Shown here: piece after piece, positions 40,329-52,068 of the stretch | Layout: the number at the start of each line of letters is the position of its first letter | Position numbering within the stretch: the first letter of the stretch is position 1 | From: an uncultured Actinomycetota bacterium | Lineage (GTDB): Bacteria > Actinomycetota > Actinomycetes > CAVWCF01 | Assembly (NCBI GenBank): GCA_963753435.1 | Contig: CAVWCF010000001.1 | Span: 576,001-640,000, forward strand | Direction: 5' to 3' | DNA: 64,000 bases | Position numbers and translations under genes: made by a program | The notes under the pieces: generated by a model | Told to the model about the DNA's origin: nothing | Databases searched by the model: none | What the model saw: only the letters and a program-made list of their open reading frames with translations

Positions 40329-41419
40329 GGTGGCCCCGACCGGTACTGGACCGGAGTGGCCGACAGCCTGATCGGGTTGGCCACCGTCGGCACCGAGTCG
40401 ACCTCCACGATCGGATCCAGGCCCAGTCGATCGGCCAGATCCACCGCAGCAGCGAGGTCATTGATCGGACCCGCGGGAACGCCGGCGGCGGAGAGCTTCT
40501 CGAACCATTCCGAAGCGCTGCGCTGAGCCAAAGCAGCACCAAGTCGCGGCACCAACTCGTCTCGGGCCGCGACCCGCGCGGGGTTCGTCGCAAACCGGTC
40601 GTCCAGGGCCAACGCCGGCACGTCGAGGACCTCGCACAGCCGCCGGAACTGCTCGTCGTTACCCACGGCGAGCACCAATGGTCGGTCCGCGGTCTGGAAG
40701 ACCTCGTACGGACAGATCGACGGGTGACGGTTTCCGAGGATCCCCGGCACGACGCCACCGGCGACGTAGGCGGAGGCCTGGTTCGTCAGCGCCGACAGCA
40801 GGCTCGACAGGAGGTTCACCTCGACGTGCTGCCCGACGCCGGTCTCGATCCGGTGCCGCAGGGCCGCGAGGATTCCCACGGTTGCGTGCAGACCGCAGAT
40901 GACGTCTACCAGCGCAACTCCCACCTTGGTGGGATCGTCGGGTCCCGGACCGGTGATGCTCATCAGGCCGCCGACGGCTTGGGCCAGCAGGTCGTAGCCA
41001 GGCAGCTCGGCGCCCGGACCGGAGCCGAATCCGGTGATCGACGCGTACACCACGCCCGGGTTGGCCGCGGACACCTCGTCATAGCCGAGACCGAACCGCT
41101 GCATCGTGCCGGGGGCGAAGTTCTCCACCACGATGTCGGCGCGAGCAGCCAGTTCTGCGGCGGCCCGCCGGTCCGCGTCATCGCGCAGGTCCAGCCACAC
41201 GGAGCGCTTGTTGCGGTTGACGCCCAGGAAGTACGTGGACTCGCGCCCACGATCGGAATTCCGCCAGGGCGGGCCCCACTGCCGGGTGTCGTCGCCAACT
41301 CCGGGCCGCTCCACTTTGACCACCTCGGCGCCGAGATCGCCGAGCAACATCGTCGCGTACGGGCCCGCCAGCACCCGGGAGAAGTCCGCGACCAGCACCC
41401 CGGCCAGGGCTGTCGTCAC
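40319..41419 (-). CDS. CaiB/BaiF family III CoA-transferase (possibly succinyl-CoA:glutarate CoA-transferase)
   Basis: [49 protein letters not shown], catalytic VD. Start reset to GTG 41419, overlapping the rlmN stop. Confidence 0.9.
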   Translation of the reverse strand: MTTALAGVLVADFSRVLAGPYATMLLGDLGAEVVKVERPGVGDDTRQWGPPWRNSDRGRESTYFLGVNRNKRSVWLDLRDDADRRAAAELAARADIVVENFAPGTMQRFGLGYDEVSAANPGVVYASITGFGSGPGAELPGYDLLAQAVGGLMSITGPGPDDPTKVGVALVDVICGLHATVGILAALRHRIETGVGQHVEVNLLSSLLSALTNQASAYVAGGVVPGILGNRHPSICPYEVFQTADRPLVLAVGNDEQFRRLCEVLDVPALALDDRFATNPARVAARDELVPRLGAALAQRSASEWFEKLSAAGVPAGPINDLAAAVDLADRLGLDPIVEVDSVPTVANPIRLSATPVQYRSGPPQR

Positions 41420-42519
41420 GATTCGGTCTGCCCTGTGACCGCCGCGAGCTGTCCGCAGGCCCCGTCGATCTCCTGACCCCGGGTGTCGCGAACCGTCACG
41501 GGCACACCGGCGCGTTCCAGCCTGGCCACGAATTCCTCCTGCACCCCCGGGCGGGATGCGGTCCAAATGGAGCCGGGGGTCGGGTTCAGCGGGATGAGGT
41601 TGACGTGCGCCAATTTGCCGGCGAGCAACTCCCCAAGCGCCTCGGCGCGCCACGATTGGTCGTTGATGTCGCGGATCATCGCGTACTCGATGCTCACCCG
41701 CCGACCAGTCACTTCGGCGTAGTGCCACGCCGCCTGCAGCACTTCGGCGACCGGCCAGCGGGTATTGACCGGCACGAGCGTGTCCCGGAGTTCGTCGTCC
41801 GGAGCGTGCAAACTGACCGCCAGCGTCACGCCGAATCCTTCGTCGGCCAACTGGCGCATGCGCGGCACCAGCCCGACGGTCGAAACCGTGATGGAGCGAC
41901 GCGAGAGGCCTAGCCCGTTGGGCGCCGGCTCGATGAGTGCCCGCAGTGCTGTGGCCACCGCTCGGTAGTTGGCCAGTGGCTCGCCCATTCCCATGAGGAC
42001 CACGTTGGACAGCCGCAGCGACTCCCCCATCACCCCGTCGCGGGCAGCGGCGGCGGCGGCCACGACTTGATCCACGATCTCCGCGGCGGACAGGTTCCGC
42101 GTCAGACCGGCCTGACCGGTGGCGCAGAAGGGGCAGTCCATTCCGCAACCGGCCTGACTGGACACGCAGACCGTGACTCGGTCCGGGTAGGCCATCAGGA
42201 CCGACTCGACCAGCACTCCGTCGAACAAGCGCGAAACCGACTTGACCGTGCGGCCGGCGTCCGCGGACAACGAACGCACCGGCTGCAGCAAGGTTGGTAG
42301 GAGCTCCCCGACCAGAGCCCCGCGCTCAGCCTTCGGCAGGTCCGTCATCGCTTCGGGGTCCCGCTGCAACCGACCGAAGTAGTGCTGGGCCAACTGGTTT
42401 GCGCGGAACTCCGGCTGCCCCAGTTCCAGGCACACCGCCCGGCGCTCCTGCGGCGTCAGGTCCGCAAGGTGTCGTGGCGGTCGAGGCCGTCGCGGCGACT
42501 CAAAGACGAGATCCGCCAT
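41416..42519 (-). CDS. rlmN: Dual-specificity 23S rRNA/tRNA m2A methyltransferase RlmN
   Basis: [18 protein letters not shown] radical-SAM motif, [22 protein letters not shown]. Confidence 0.98.
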   Translation of the reverse strand: MADLVFESPRRPRPPRHLADLTPQERRAVCLELGQPEFRANQLAQHYFGRLQRDPEAMTDLPKAERGALVGELLPTLLQPVRSLSADAGRTVKSVSRLFDGVLVESVLMAYPDRVTVCVSSQAGCGMDCPFCATGQAGLTRNLSAAEIVDQVVAAAAAARDGVMGESLRLSNVVLMGMGEPLANYRAVATALRALIEPAPNGLGLSRRSITVSTVGLVPRMRQLADEGFGVTLAVSLHAPDDELRDTLVPVNTRWPVAEVLQAAWHYAEVTGRRVSIEYAMIRDINDQSWRAEALGELLAGKLAHVNLIPLNPTPGSIWTASRPGVQEEFVARLERAGVPVTVRDTRGQEIDGACGQLAAVTGQTES

Positions 42520-43361
42520 CAGCCGATCATGATCTCCAGGAGCAACCACCCCACCGGTGCCGCCACCAGCAGGGAGTCGATCCGATCCAGCATCCCCCCG
42601 TGGCCGGGCAGCAGATTGCCGCTGTCCTTGACGCCCGCGTCCCGCTTGAGTGCCGATTCGACCAGGTCGCCCAGGACGGCCGCGGGCACGATCAGGGCGC
42701 CGAACAGGAGTCCCTGCCAGACCTCGCCGTCCAGCAGCCAGTAGAACCCGCCGGCTGCCACCACCATGCTCAACACGAAACTGCCGATGAGCCCTTCCCA
42801 GGTCTTCTTGGGACTCAACTTCGGTGCCAGCGGATGCCGACCCATGGTCACGCCGGCCAGATATCCGCCGACGTCACTGGCAACCGCCGTCGCCAGCACC
42901 ACGATCAGGCGGTCGGCGCCGTCATCTGCATACAGCAGGAGAGCGGCGAAAGCAGCCAGGACGCCGGTGTACAGCAGCCCAAAGCCAGCGGCGGAGATGT
43001 CCTTGATGAAGCCCTCGACCGGTTTGACCACGCGTGCAGCCATGAGCACGGCCATCGCCACCGCAGCGGCCGCCAGCAGACCCCGCGTTCCGTCCACGGC
43101 CGCAGCCACCACGACGGCCGCCACGCCCGCGTGCAGCCAACCCACCGGCGGCGCAGCGCCAACCCCCCGGGCCAGCACGACGAACTCGCCGACCGCGAGC
43201 ACCATCGCCACCGCGAGGATCGCGACGAAGGCCGGCGGGAACAGATAAACCGGCGCCAGGACCAGACCGATACCGAGAATCAGTCCGACCGCGATGGCGG
43301 CCGGGACGTTGCGTCCGCCCCGTCGTGCCGGGGCGGCCTCATCCGGAGAGACCTCGCTCAA
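42519..43361 (-). CDS. cdsA: Phosphatidate cytidylyltransferase
   Basis: [41 protein letters not shown]. Confidence 0.97.
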   Translation of the reverse strand: MSEVSPDEAAPARRGGRNVPAAIAVGLILGIGLVLAPVYLFPPAFVAILAVAMVLAVGEFVVLARGVGAAPPVGWLHAGVAAVVVAAAVDGTRGLLAAAAVAMAVLMAARVVKPVEGFIKDISAAGFGLLYTGVLAAFAALLLYADDGADRLIVVLATAVASDVGGYLAGVTMGRHPLAPKLSPKKTWEGLIGSFVLSMVVAAGGFYWLLDGEVWQGLLFGALIVPAAVLGDLVESALKRDAGVKDSGNLLPGHGGMLDRIDSLLVAAPVGWLLLEIMIG

Positions 43362-43418
43362 AGCTCCGCCAGCCTGGCCAGCGGAAGCCTGTGCCGAAGC
43401 GAGAGCCCGGCGGACGAG

Positions 43419-43976
43419 TCAGACCTCAAGGATCTCGGTCTCCTTATGGCCAAGGAGTTCGTCGACTTGACCCACGTACCGATGGGTGAGCTCTTCCAGC
43501 TCCTTCTCCGCGCGACGGACGTCGTCCTCGCCGACCTCGCCGTCCTTGCTCAGCTTCTCCAGCTCGTCCTTGATGTGGCGCCGGACGTTGCGGATGGCGA
43601 CTCGCGCCTCCTCCGCCTTGTGCTTGGCCACCTTGACGTACTCCTTGCGCCGCTCCTCGGTGAGTTCCGGGAACGGCACCCGAATGAGCGTTCCATCGTT
43701 GCCGGGGTTCACGCCGAGGTCAGAGTCCCGGATGGCCCTCTCGATGGCGGGCAGGGCCGACTTGTCATAGGGGGTGATCACGGCCAGCCGGGCCTCGGGC
43801 ACCTGAAATGAGGCCAGCTGCTGGATCGGTGTCGCCGTTCCGTAGTAGTCGACGGTGATCTTGTTGAACATCGCCGGGTGCGCCCTACCGGTACGGATGC
43901 CGGCGAAGTCCTCCTTGGCGACCTCGACGGCCTTACCCATCTTCTCGGCCGCGGTGGCCAGGCTTTCGTCGATCAT
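43419..43976 (-). CDS. frr: Ribosome recycling factor
   Basis: [35 protein letters not shown]. Confidence 0.99.
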   Translation of the reverse strand: MIDESLATAAEKMGKAVEVAKEDFAGIRTGRAHPAMFNKITVDYYGTATPIQQLASFQVPEARLAVITPYDKSALPAIERAIRDSDLGVNPGNDGTLIRVPFPELTEERRKEYVKVAKHKAEEARVAIRNVRRHIKDELEKLSKDGEVGEDDVRRAEKELEELTHRYVGQVDELLGHKETEILEV

Positions 43977-43987
43977 CAGTTCTCCAG

Positions 43988-44761
<774 letters not shown>

Positions 44762-44799
44762 TCAGTGTGCCGTCTGGACGTCTCCGGTGGGCGGACAGG

Positions 44800-45621
44800 T
44801 CAGGACTGGCCCACTTCGAATCGGGCGAACGCGGTGACCGCGACCCCGGCATCACCCAGGACCGCACCCACGGTGCGCTTGCTGTCCGTTACCGAGGACT
44901 GCTCGGTAAGGACGACGTCCTTGATGAAGCCGTGCACCCGGCCCTCGATGATCTTGGGCAGCGCCTGCTCCGGCTTGCCTTCCTCCCGGGCGGTGGCCTC
45001 GGCGATTCGGCGCTCGTGCTCGAGAACGTCAGCTGGGATCTCGTCAGCAGTCGCGTACTGCGGGCGCATGGCGGCCACCTGCATGGCGGCACCGCGAGCA
45101 GCTTCGGCGTCGGTCCCGGTGTAGGCCACGAGCACGCCCACCTGCGGCGGCAGGTCGGGGCTCTTGCGGTGCAGGTACGTGGCGACCGCACCGTCGAAGC
45201 GTGCCGCGCGACGCAGTTCGATCTTCTCCCCGATGACGCCGCCGATCCCGTCGATGGCCTCCTTCGCCGAACGACCGTCAGCCAGCGTCAGCGTCAGGAT
45301 GTCATCGAGTTCTCCCGTACCGGCGGCCTCTGCTGCCGTTGCGATATCGGAAGCCAGGGCCTGGAACTGCTCGTTCTTGGCTACAAAGTCGGTTTCACAG
45401 GCCAACTCGACCATCGTGTTTCCGACCGCGGTCACCAAGCCATTACCGGCGGTGCGCTCGGCCCCACGCTTGGCAGCCTTGGCAGCGCCCTTGATGCGCA
45501 GCACCTCGACGGCAGCGTCGAAGTCACCGTCGGCCTCGGTGAGGGCCTTCTTGCAATCCATCATTCCGGCGCCGGTGAGCTCCCGGAGCCGCTTTACGTC
45601 GGCGGCAGTGATGTCAGCCAT
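44800..45621 (-). CDS. tsf: Elongation factor Ts
   Basis: [31 protein letters not shown]. Confidence 0.99.
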   Translation of the reverse strand: MADITAADVKRLRELTGAGMMDCKKALTEADGDFDAAVEVLRIKGAAKAAKRGAERTAGNGLVTAVGNTMVELACETDFVAKNEQFQALASDIATAAEAAGTGELDDILTLTLADGRSAKEAIDGIGGVIGEKIELRRAARFDGAVATYLHRKSPDLPPQVGVLVAYTGTDAEAARGAAMQVAAMRPQYATADEIPADVLEHERRIAEATAREEGKPEQALPKIIEGRVHGFIKDVVLTEQSSVTDSKRTVGAVLGDAGVAVTAFARFEVGQS

Positions 45622-45631
45622 CGTTCTCCGT

Positions 45632-46627
45632 TCAGGCCTGGTTCTCGTCGGATGCGGCTATGCCGCTGTCGGTCGTCGGCTCAGCGGCCGCCACGGGCTC
45701 AGCCGCCGCGGGTTCGGCTGCCGCCTCGGGCGTCGCCGTCTCGGCAGCGGCCTCAGCCGGTGCCTCCGCAGGTGCCTCCGCAGGGACCTCAGCCGGTGCT
45801 TCGGCAACAGCGTCGGCAGCAGCCGCAGCAGGTGCCTCGGCGGGCTGGTCGGCGCTGGCGCCCGCAAGCAACTCCCGCTCCCACTCCGCCAGCGGCTCTT
45901 CGCCCGCAGCGGGCTTGTCATCGCCCGCGGCAGCACCGGCGCGCGCCATCAGGCCATCGGCGACGGCGTCCGCGATCACTCGGGTCAGCAGGGCGACCGA
46001 GCGGATGGCGTCGTCGTTGCCGGGAACCGGGAAGTCGACCTCGTCCGGGTCGCAGTTGGTGTCGAGGATCGCAATCACCGGGATGTTGAGTTTGCGCGCC
46101 TCGGCGACGGCGATGTGCTCCTTCTTGGTGTCCACCAGCCAGACGGCAGACGGGATTCGGTTCATGTCCCGCACACCACCAAGGGTGCGCTCCAACTTCT
46201 CCTTCTCCCGCTTCAGGACTAGGAGTTCCTTCTTCGTCATGCCGGAACCGGCGACGTCGTCGAAGTCGATGAGCTCAAGTTCCTTCAGCCGCTGCAGCCG
46301 CTTGTGAACCGTGTCGAAGTTGGTGAGCATCCCGCCGAGCCACCGCTGCGTCACGTAGGGCATGCCCACGCGAGTCGCCTGCTCGGCTACAGCTTCCTGA
46401 GCCTGCTTCTTGGTGCCCACGAACATGATCGAGCCACCGGCCGCGACCGTGTTCTTCACGTACTCGTAGGCGGAGTCGATGTACGACAACGACTGCTGCA
46501 GGTCGATGATGTAGATGCCATTGCGCTCGTTGAAGATGAAGCGCTTCATCTTGGGGTTCCACCGGCGGGTCTGGTGCCCGAAGTGGGCGCCGCTCTCAAG
46601 GAGCTGACGCATCGTGACAACGGCCAT
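45632..46627 (-). CDS. rpsB: 30S ribosomal protein S2 with Ala/Glu/Pro-rich C-terminal tail
   Basis: [52 protein letters not shown]. Start reset to ATG 46627 with AAAGGAGG SD. Confidence 0.99.
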   Translation of the reverse strand: MAVVTMRQLLESGAHFGHQTRRWNPKMKRFIFNERNGIYIIDLQQSLSYIDSAYEYVKNTVAAGGSIMFVGTKKQAQEAVAEQATRVGMPYVTQRWLGGMLTNFDTVHKRLQRLKELELIDFDDVAGSGMTKKELLVLKREKEKLERTLGGVRDMNRIPSAVWLVDTKKEHIAVAEARKLNIPVIAILDTNCDPDEVDFPVPGNDDAIRSVALLTRVIADAVADGLMARAGAAAGDDKPAAGEEPLAEWERELLAGASADQPAEAPAAAAADAVAEAPAEVPAEAPAEAPAEAAAETATPEAAAEPAAAEPVAAAEPTTDSGIAASDENQA

Positions 46628-46800
46628 GGCCGCAGCCTCCTTTTGCCGCTGGCGCGGCGTCGGTTCGTCGCAACGCCAGGTCGACGTCGCTGCCTGGTGT
46701 CGCGCAATTCGCCACTCTCGAGGAGAGACCGGACGAGTTGCCCCGGCTGACCGGGTAGTGCGACACGCGAATTCGGTCCATAGGACCGGATCGGATGATA
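46628..46800 (-). promoter_or_regulatory. rpsB promoter (-10 TATCAT, 46795-46800) and long structured 5' leader, probable S2 autoregulatory element
   Basis: TANNNT hexamer about 165 nt upstream of the ATG; complementary segments GTGTCGC.../...GCGACAC in the leader. Confidence 0.5.
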
Positions 46801-46839
46801 CGGCACGCCCGCGCCAGGGCCGAATCCGCGCTTTGGCCG

Positions 46840-46916
46840 TCCACAGCCGCGCCAGAGCACCGGGAGCCCACAACTGCTGGGCAGTTGAACCGGCGTCCGC
46901 GGACCCCGGCGAACGT
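46840..46916 (+). promoter_or_regulatory. Direct-repeat promoter module upstream of M23 peptidase
   Basis: TCCACAG (46840), 20 nt, CCCACAA (46867), 37 nt, GAACGT (46911), 6 nt, GTG. Same spacing as upstream of yraN. Confidence 0.6.
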
Positions 46917-46922
46917 CATCCC

Positions 46923-47516
46923 GTGCTCGGACAAGCCCTGATCACCCCCATGGCGCTGCTGGCCGCGCCAGCAATTGCCGTCGCCGTACTCACCGGCACC
47001 GGAACCGGATCCGGCCCGCGCGCGGTCAACGAACCCAGCCCAGGGCTGCCGTTCGGGTCGCCGCCGCCGGCGTGGACGCTGCCCGTCCCCGGACCGGCCC
47101 TGAGCGGCTTCGACCCGCCCCAGCGGCCGTGGCTGGCGGGGCACCGCGGCATCGACCTGGTCGCCGAACCGGGCGATCCGGTCCGGTCCGTGGCCAGTGG
47201 CGTGGTGGCATTCGCCGGGACGGTTGCCGGCCGGGGCGTGATCAGCGTGCAGCACGGACAAGTGCGCAGCACCTACGAGCCGGTCACCCCCGCAGTGGCC
47301 GTAGGCGACCACGTCGTTTCCGGGGAAAGGCTTGGGTTGGTGGCCGGTTCAGCGCACGAGGGTTGTGGATGTCTGCACCTGGGGGCGCGCCGCGGCGTGG
47401 ACTACATCGACCCGTGGACCCTGTTGCGATCGCCGAGCCGGTTGGTCAGCGTGTTGGCGCGGGAAGGCCCGCTCAGCCGTCCATCGCCTCGGTCAGTCGG
47501 GACCGCATCTGAATGA
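46923..47516 (+). CDS. M23 family secreted peptidoglycan peptidase-like protein
   Basis: N-terminal hydrophobic segment, W.AGHRGIDL (HxxxD), [32 protein letters not shown]; conserved position divergent from rpsB. Start reset to GTG 46923. Confidence 0.85.
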   Translation: MLGQALITPMALLAAPAIAVAVLTGTGTGSGPRAVNEPSPGLPFGSPPPAWTLPVPGPALSGFDPPQRPWLAGHRGIDLVAEPGDPVRSVASGVVAFAGTVAGRGVISVQHGQVRSTYEPVTPAVAVGDHVVSGERLGLVAGSAHEGCGCLHLGARRGVDYIDPWTLLRSPSRLVSVLAREGPLSRPSPRSVGTASE

Positions 47517-48477
47517 CGGCCTTGGTGTGCAGCTGGCAAACGCGGCTCTCGGTGACACCGAGGACCTGCCCGATCTCCGCCAAGGTCAGGCCCTCGTAGT
47601 AGTACAGCGTCACGACGACCTTCTCGCGTTCGGCCAGTTGCCCGATGGCCCGGGAAAGCAGGTACTTGATCTCCTCGGACTCGACGGCCCCCATGGGGTC
47701 CTCAGCACGGGAGTCCTCCAGGGTGTCCAGCAGGGAGAGCCGCTCCCCTTTGTCCGCCCCCGGATGCAGCAGTTCGTCCAGGGCCACCACGTTGACGTAG
47801 GACATCTTTGAGAAGGTCTGGTGCAGGTCCGACAGCGCGATACCGAGATGGGCGGCAACTTCGGCCTCGGTCGGGGTCCGGTGCAACTCCGACTCCAGCG
47901 CCGCGTAGGCCTTCTCGACCTCACGGGCCTTCGATCGGACCGAGCGGGGGACCCAGTCGATGCTGCGAAGTTCGTCGATGATCGCGCCGCGGATGCGGGC
48001 GATCGCGTAGGTCTCGAACTTGATGGCCCGTTCCGGCTCAAACTTCTCGATAGCGTCGATCAGCCCGAAGACGCCGTACGCGACCAGGTCCGCTTGTTCG
48101 ATGTTGGGCGGCAGACCGACACCAACGCGGCCGGCCACGTACTTCACCAGCGGTGAGAAGTGCAGAATCAACCGCTCCCGAGCCTGCTCGTCCCCGGTGC
48201 TCTTGTACGTGCTCCAGAGTTCGGCCAGCACCGCCACTGGGTCTTCGTCTAGCCAGTCCTCGGCAAAGGGGTCGGCGTCTGCGGAACTGGCTTCGGAGTC
48301 GGAGGTCGCCGCGTCGTCCGCCTCGGTGTCGTCCACCTCGGCGTCAGCCACGTCGGCATCGTCCAGATCGGCATCGTCCAGATCGGCGTCGTCCACGTCG
48401 GTGTCGTCCAGATCCACGGCGGCCTCGGCCCCTTCGGCAACGAGGGCGCCGTCAGGCCCGCGGGTGCGCCTGCTCAT
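47473..48477 (-). CDS. whiG: RNA polymerase sigma factor WhiG (sigma-28/FliA family) with acidic N-terminal extension
   Basis: [90 protein letters not shown]. Start uncertain; ATG 48477 used. Confidence 0.93.
   Translation of the reverse strand: MSRRTRGPDGALVAEGAEAAVDLDDTDVDDADLDDADLDDADVADAEVDDTEADDAATSDSEASSADADPFAEDWLDEDPVAVLAELWSTYKSTGDEQARERLILHFSPLVKYVAGRVGVGLPPNIEQADLVAYGVFGLIDAIEKFEPERAIKFETYAIARIRGAIIDELRSIDWVPRSVRSKAREVEKAYAALESELHRTPTEAEVAAHLGIALSDLHQTFSKMSYVNVVALDELLHPGADKGERLSLLDTLEDSRAEDPMGAVESEEIKYLLSRAIGQLAEREKVVVTLYYYEGLTLAEIGQVLGVTESRVCQLHTKAVIQMRSRLTEAMDG
48340..48415 (-). repeat. 15-bp tandem repeat encoding D[LV]DD[AT] units in the WhiG N-terminus
   Basis: Plus strand shows repeated TCGGCATCGTCCAGA-like units; protein [30 protein letters not shown]. 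Confidence 0.8.
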
Positions 48478-49417
48478 ATGTGGATCGCAGCCTTTCGACG
48501 GAAACGTGCGTGTATATCTGCGTGGTCGCGAGCGTAGCGTGGCCAAGCATCTCCTGGACGGACCGTAGGTCCGCGCCACCCTCCAGCAGGTGAGTTGCCG
48601 CGGAGTGTCGCAAGGCGTGCGGCCCAACCGGGCCGGCCACGTCTCGGGTGACTCGAGCCACTAGCGCTCGCACCACGCGGGGGTCGACCCGACCGCCGCG
48701 GGCCCCCAGGAAGAGGGCGTCCCCAGAAGTGGGATTCGCCAGTGCCTCGCGGACCACCCGATACCGCGCCACAGCGCGCAGCGCCGGCTCGCCCAGCGGG
48801 ACGGTCCGCTCCTTGCGGCCCTTGCCCAGTACCCGTACCACCCGCCGGTCGGTGTCGATGTCGCCGAGGTTGAGGCCGCACAACTCCGAGACTCGCACCG
48901 CCCCTGCGTAGAGGACCTCGAGCATGGCCGAGTCCCGAAGCCGGATCGGATCGTCTTCGGCTGCTGCTGCTGCCGAGTCCAGCACCAGCTCCGCGTCGTG
49001 CTGCCGCAGCACGGTGGGTAGGGCGCGGCCGTGCTTGGGAGTGCCCAGGGCCGCCCCCGGGTCGCTGGTGGCGTGCCCGCGGGCAGACGCAAAACTGGTC
49101 AGCGCCCGGGCGGCGGCCGCTCGTCGGGCCACGCTGGAACGCGCCGCCCCGGTAGCCGCCTGCAGCGCCAGCCAGGACCGCAGCACCCCGAGCGTGATCT
49201 CGTCCGGAGTGGAGAGGCCGTGCCGGGCCGCATGTTCCAGCAGCGAGGTCGCATCGTGGGCGTAGGCCCGGACCGTGTGCGGGCTCAGCCCACGTTCGTC
49301 CCGCAGGTGCGTGATGAACGCCAGCAGCAGCGAATCCATCGCCGCCGGTAGCGACTCCGAAGCCGGCGACGGGGACGCCACGTCGCCGGTCCGATTCGGC
49401 TCGCCCCTCCCGGTCAC
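48452..49417 (-). CDS. xerC: Tyrosine recombinase XerC
   Basis: [63 protein letters not shown]; chromosomal position after dprA. Start may be downstream (~49339). Confidence 0.93.
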   Translation of the reverse strand: MTGRGEPNRTGDVASPSPASESLPAAMDSLLLAFITHLRDERGLSPHTVRAYAHDATSLLEHAARHGLSTPDEITLGVLRSWLALQAATGAARSSVARRAAAARALTSFASARGHATSDPGAALGTPKHGRALPTVLRQHDAELVLDSAAAAAEDDPIRLRDSAMLEVLYAGAVRVSELCGLNLGDIDTDRRVVRVLGKGRKERTVPLGEPALRAVARYRVVREALANPTSGDALFLGARGGRVDPRVVRALVARVTRDVAGPVGPHALRHSAATHLLEGGADLRSVQEMLGHATLATTQIYTHVSVERLRSTYEQAHPRA

Positions 49418-49480
49418 CGGACAACGGTCTGGCCTGAAGCGGGACGGGTCAAGACTCCGCGCCGCCGGACCGTGTTCGGC

Positions 49481-50557
49481 CTACTGGCGGCGGACACTTG
49501 CCAGGCGCCACCCCGATGCCGACTCGACCACCAGTCCTGCAGCCGCCAACTCATCCAGACCGGCCAGCACGTCCGCCGTCGACGCTCCGCAAGCAGCCAC
49601 CAGTCGGTCCAAGTCGGACCCGCCCCGGCCGGGCAGGAGCGCCAGCAGATGTTGCGCCAGCAGACCGGGCGCCGCTTCGACCTGACCCAGGTCCGCAACG
49701 GCACCTATCGGCTCAACCAGTTCTCGAACCTGTGCCGCGGATGCCACCAACGTGGACCCATCGCGGATCTCCGCGTGGCAACCGGCGGACACCGCTGAGG
49801 TAATCGGGCCGGGCACGGCCATGACCGGCCGATTGAGTCGACGCGCGTCCGCCGCAGTGCGGCGTGCACCGCTGCGGGACGCCGCTTCGACCACCACGGT
49901 GCCCCGGCTCAGGGCGGCGATGATGCGGTTGCGCTGCAGCAGGCGGGAAGCCGTGGGGCGCACCCCACAAGGCAGTTCACCCACCAAAACGCCCTCGGCG
50001 GCTATCGCCCGGAAGAGTGACTCGTTGCCTCGCGGCTGCAGCAGGTCCGGGCCCGCAGCCAACACCGCAACCGACGCTCCCCCGGCGGCAAGGGCCCCGC
50101 GATGTGCGGCGGCGTCGATGCCGTAGGCCCCGCCGGACACGATCGCGAGACCGGACTGCACCAGTTCGTAGGCAAGATCTCCAGCGCACTCGGCGCCGTA
50201 CGCGGTGCACGCTCGGGCTCCGACAACCGCGACCGAGCGCAGCGCCAGCAGACGCAGGTCGCCCCCGCCGAGCGCCCAGAGCCCGAACGGCGCAGCGCCA
50301 CCCAACTGGTCCAACTGGGTTGGCCACTCCAACTCCCCCGGGATCACCCAGCGCGCGCCCACCAGGTCCAACGCCCGCGCCGCGGCCACTCCCTGCGACA
50401 CGTCAACGCTTGCGCGCGCGGGCAGATTCGGATCCCCACCGGCCATTCGGCGCACGACCGCAACTGCAGACTCCGTTGCGAGGGCCTGGCCTACCCGCGG
50501 ATCGCCGGGCTCGCAGACACCCGCAAGGACCAACCGGGCCATGGCCTCGTCGTTCAC
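49481..50557 (-). CDS. dprA: DNA-processing protein DprA
   Basis: VAVVGARACTAYG, IVSGGAYGIDAAAHRGAL, RNRIIAALS, VVVEAASRSG, VPGPITS. Confidence 0.96.
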   Translation of the reverse strand: MNDEAMARLVLAGVCEPGDPRVGQALATESAVAVVRRMAGGDPNLPARASVDVSQGVAAARALDLVGARWVIPGELEWPTQLDQLGGAAPFGLWALGGGDLRLLALRSVAVVGARACTAYGAECAGDLAYELVQSGLAIVSGGAYGIDAAAHRGALAAGGASVAVLAAGPDLLQPRGNESLFRAIAAEGVLVGELPCGVRPTASRLLQRNRIIAALSRGTVVVEAASRSGARRTAADARRLNRPVMAVPGPITSAVSAGCHAEIRDGSTLVASAAQVRELVEPIGAVADLGQVEAAPGLLAQHLLALLPGRGGSDLDRLVAACGASTADVLAGLDELAAAGLVVESASGWRLASVRRQ

Positions 50558-52068
50558 GCCGCCGCACCCACGGACCCTCGAAAGCGCAGTGCGGTCGCCA
50601 GGTCTGACGCTGCCGGGGCCGTCCGTCCGGCCAGATCCGCCAGCGTCCAGGACACCCGCAGCACCCGATCCACTCCCCGCGCGCTGAGACGACCTGCGTC
50701 CATCTCCCGGGTTACCGAGACCATCGCCGACGGGTCCGGCCGCCAGCGTGACCGCAGCGCACTACCGGGAACGTGGGCATTCACCGTCCAACGCTGGCCC
50801 CAACGTTCCTGTGCCGCCTGCCGAGCGGCCTGGACCCGGGTCGCCACGGTCGAACTGGATTCCGACGGCGTGGGCTGCTCCAGGTCCGCCGGCCGTAGGG
50901 GCCGGACCCCGACGCGCAGGTCGATTCGATCCAGCAAGGGACCGGACAGCCGGTTGGCGTATCGCCGGACCTGCATCGGCGAGCACTCACATGCCAGCGC
51001 CGACGAGCCGAACCGGCCGCATGGGCAGGGGTTAGCCGCCAGCGCCAGCTGGAACCGAGCCGGCAGCCGCACCGAACCTGCCGATCTGGAGACGATCAAC
51101 TCCCCGCTCTCCAGCGGTTGTCGCAACGAGTCCAACACCCCCGAACGGAACTCCGGGGCCTCATCCAGGAACAGCACCCCGCGATGCGCCAGCGACGCCG
51201 CCCCGGGGCGCGGTAGTCCAGAACCACCGCCGATGACCGCCGGAACGGACGCGGAATGGTGTGGGGAGACGAACGGCGGGCGGCGGATCAGCCCAGCGTC
51301 CGGAGGCAGAACGCCCAGGACGGAGTGGATAGCGGTGACCTCAAGCGCTTCTGCGACTGTCAATTCCGGCAGCACCCCGGGCAATCGGGAGACCAGCAAC
51401 GTCTTCCCCGCGCCTGGAGGGCCATGCAGATACAGATGGTGGCCGCCAGCGGCGGCGACCTCCAGCGCCAGGCGCGCCTCGGCCTGCCCGATCACTTCGC
51501 AAAGGTCGGGGACCCGCGACTCGGCTGTCGCGGTCGCACTCGCCAACTGCGGCGCCGGCGTTTCCCCGCGCAACACCGCACAAAGCTGCCTCAGGTCTGC
51601 GACTGCCAACACCGACACGTCCGGGACAAGAGCGGCCTGACCGCCGCTGGCCGCCGCGACCACGACCCGGCTGAAGCCGGCATCCCGGGCAGCCAAGACC
51701 GCCGGCACCACGCCCGGTACGGCGCGGACGCTGCCGTCCAGTCCCAGTTCGCCCAGGACTACTGCCCCCGCCAACGCGTTCTCGGGGATGCGGCGTTGCA
51801 CGAGCAGCAACCCGCAGGCCAGCGCCAGGTCGAAGCCGGAACCTCGCTTCTGCAGATCCGCGGGAGAAAGGTTGACCGTGACCCGCTGGGCCGGCCACGG
51901 CAGCCCACTGTTCAAGACTGCTGCGCGAACCCGATCGCGCGACTCCGAAACCGCTGCGTCCGGCAATCCGACCAGGCAGAACCCGGGCAAACCCTGCGAG
52001 TGGTCAACTTCTACGTCGACGATTCGGCCCGTCACCCCGACGATGGCGACCGAGCGGACCCGGGACAT
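50554..52068 (-). CDS. comM: YifB/ComM family Mg-chelatase-like AAA+ ATPase
   Basis: VGLPDAAVSESRDRVRAA, VNLSPADLQKRGSGFDL, GPPGAGKT, SLAHRGVLFLDE, RQPLESG, AANPCPCG, LSGPLLDRID. Start reset to ATG 52068. Confidence 0.95.
   Translation of the reverse strand: MSRVRSVAIVGVTGRIVDVEVDHSQGLPGFCLVGLPDAAVSESRDRVRAAVLNSGLPWPAQRVTVNLSPADLQKRGSGFDLALACGLLLVQRRIPENALAGAVVLGELGLDGSVRAVPGVVPAVLAARDAGFSRVVVAAASGGQAALVPDVSVLAVADLRQLCAVLRGETPAPQLASATATAESRVPDLCEVIGQAEARLALEVAAAGGHHLYLHGPPGAGKTLLVSRLPGVLPELTVAEALEVTAIHSVLGVLPPDAGLIRRPPFVSPHHSASVPAVIGGGSGLPRPGAASLAHRGVLFLDEAPEFRSGVLDSLRQPLESGELIVSRSAGSVRLPARFQLALAANPCPCGRFGSSALACECSPMQVRRYANRLSGPLLDRIDLRVGVRPLRPADLEQPTPSESSSTVATRVQAARQAAQERWGQRWTVNAHVPGSALRSRWRPDPSAMVSVTREMDAGRLSARGVDRVLRVSWTLADLAGRTAPAASDLATALRFRGSVGAAA

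Noticed and set aside
40319-42148. 609-aa ORF suggesting an N-terminally extended CoA-transferase
   Set aside because: The extension is an alternative frame of rlmN; the family N-terminus begins at GTG 41419.
46871-46887. Perfect 7-bp inverted repeat CAACTGC-tgg-GCAGTTG upstream of the M23 gene
   Set aside because: No U-tract, no counterpart upstream of yraN, and a single short instance. It could be an operator but cannot be supported.
48452-49417. Tyrosine recombinase as the integrase of a mobile element
   Set aside because: Sequence and position after dprA match chromosomal XerC; no att sites, tRNA or cargo genes.
49414-49704. 96-aa ORF bridging dprA and xerC
   Set aside because: Mostly overlaps the dprA C-terminus in another frame, with no recognisable motif.
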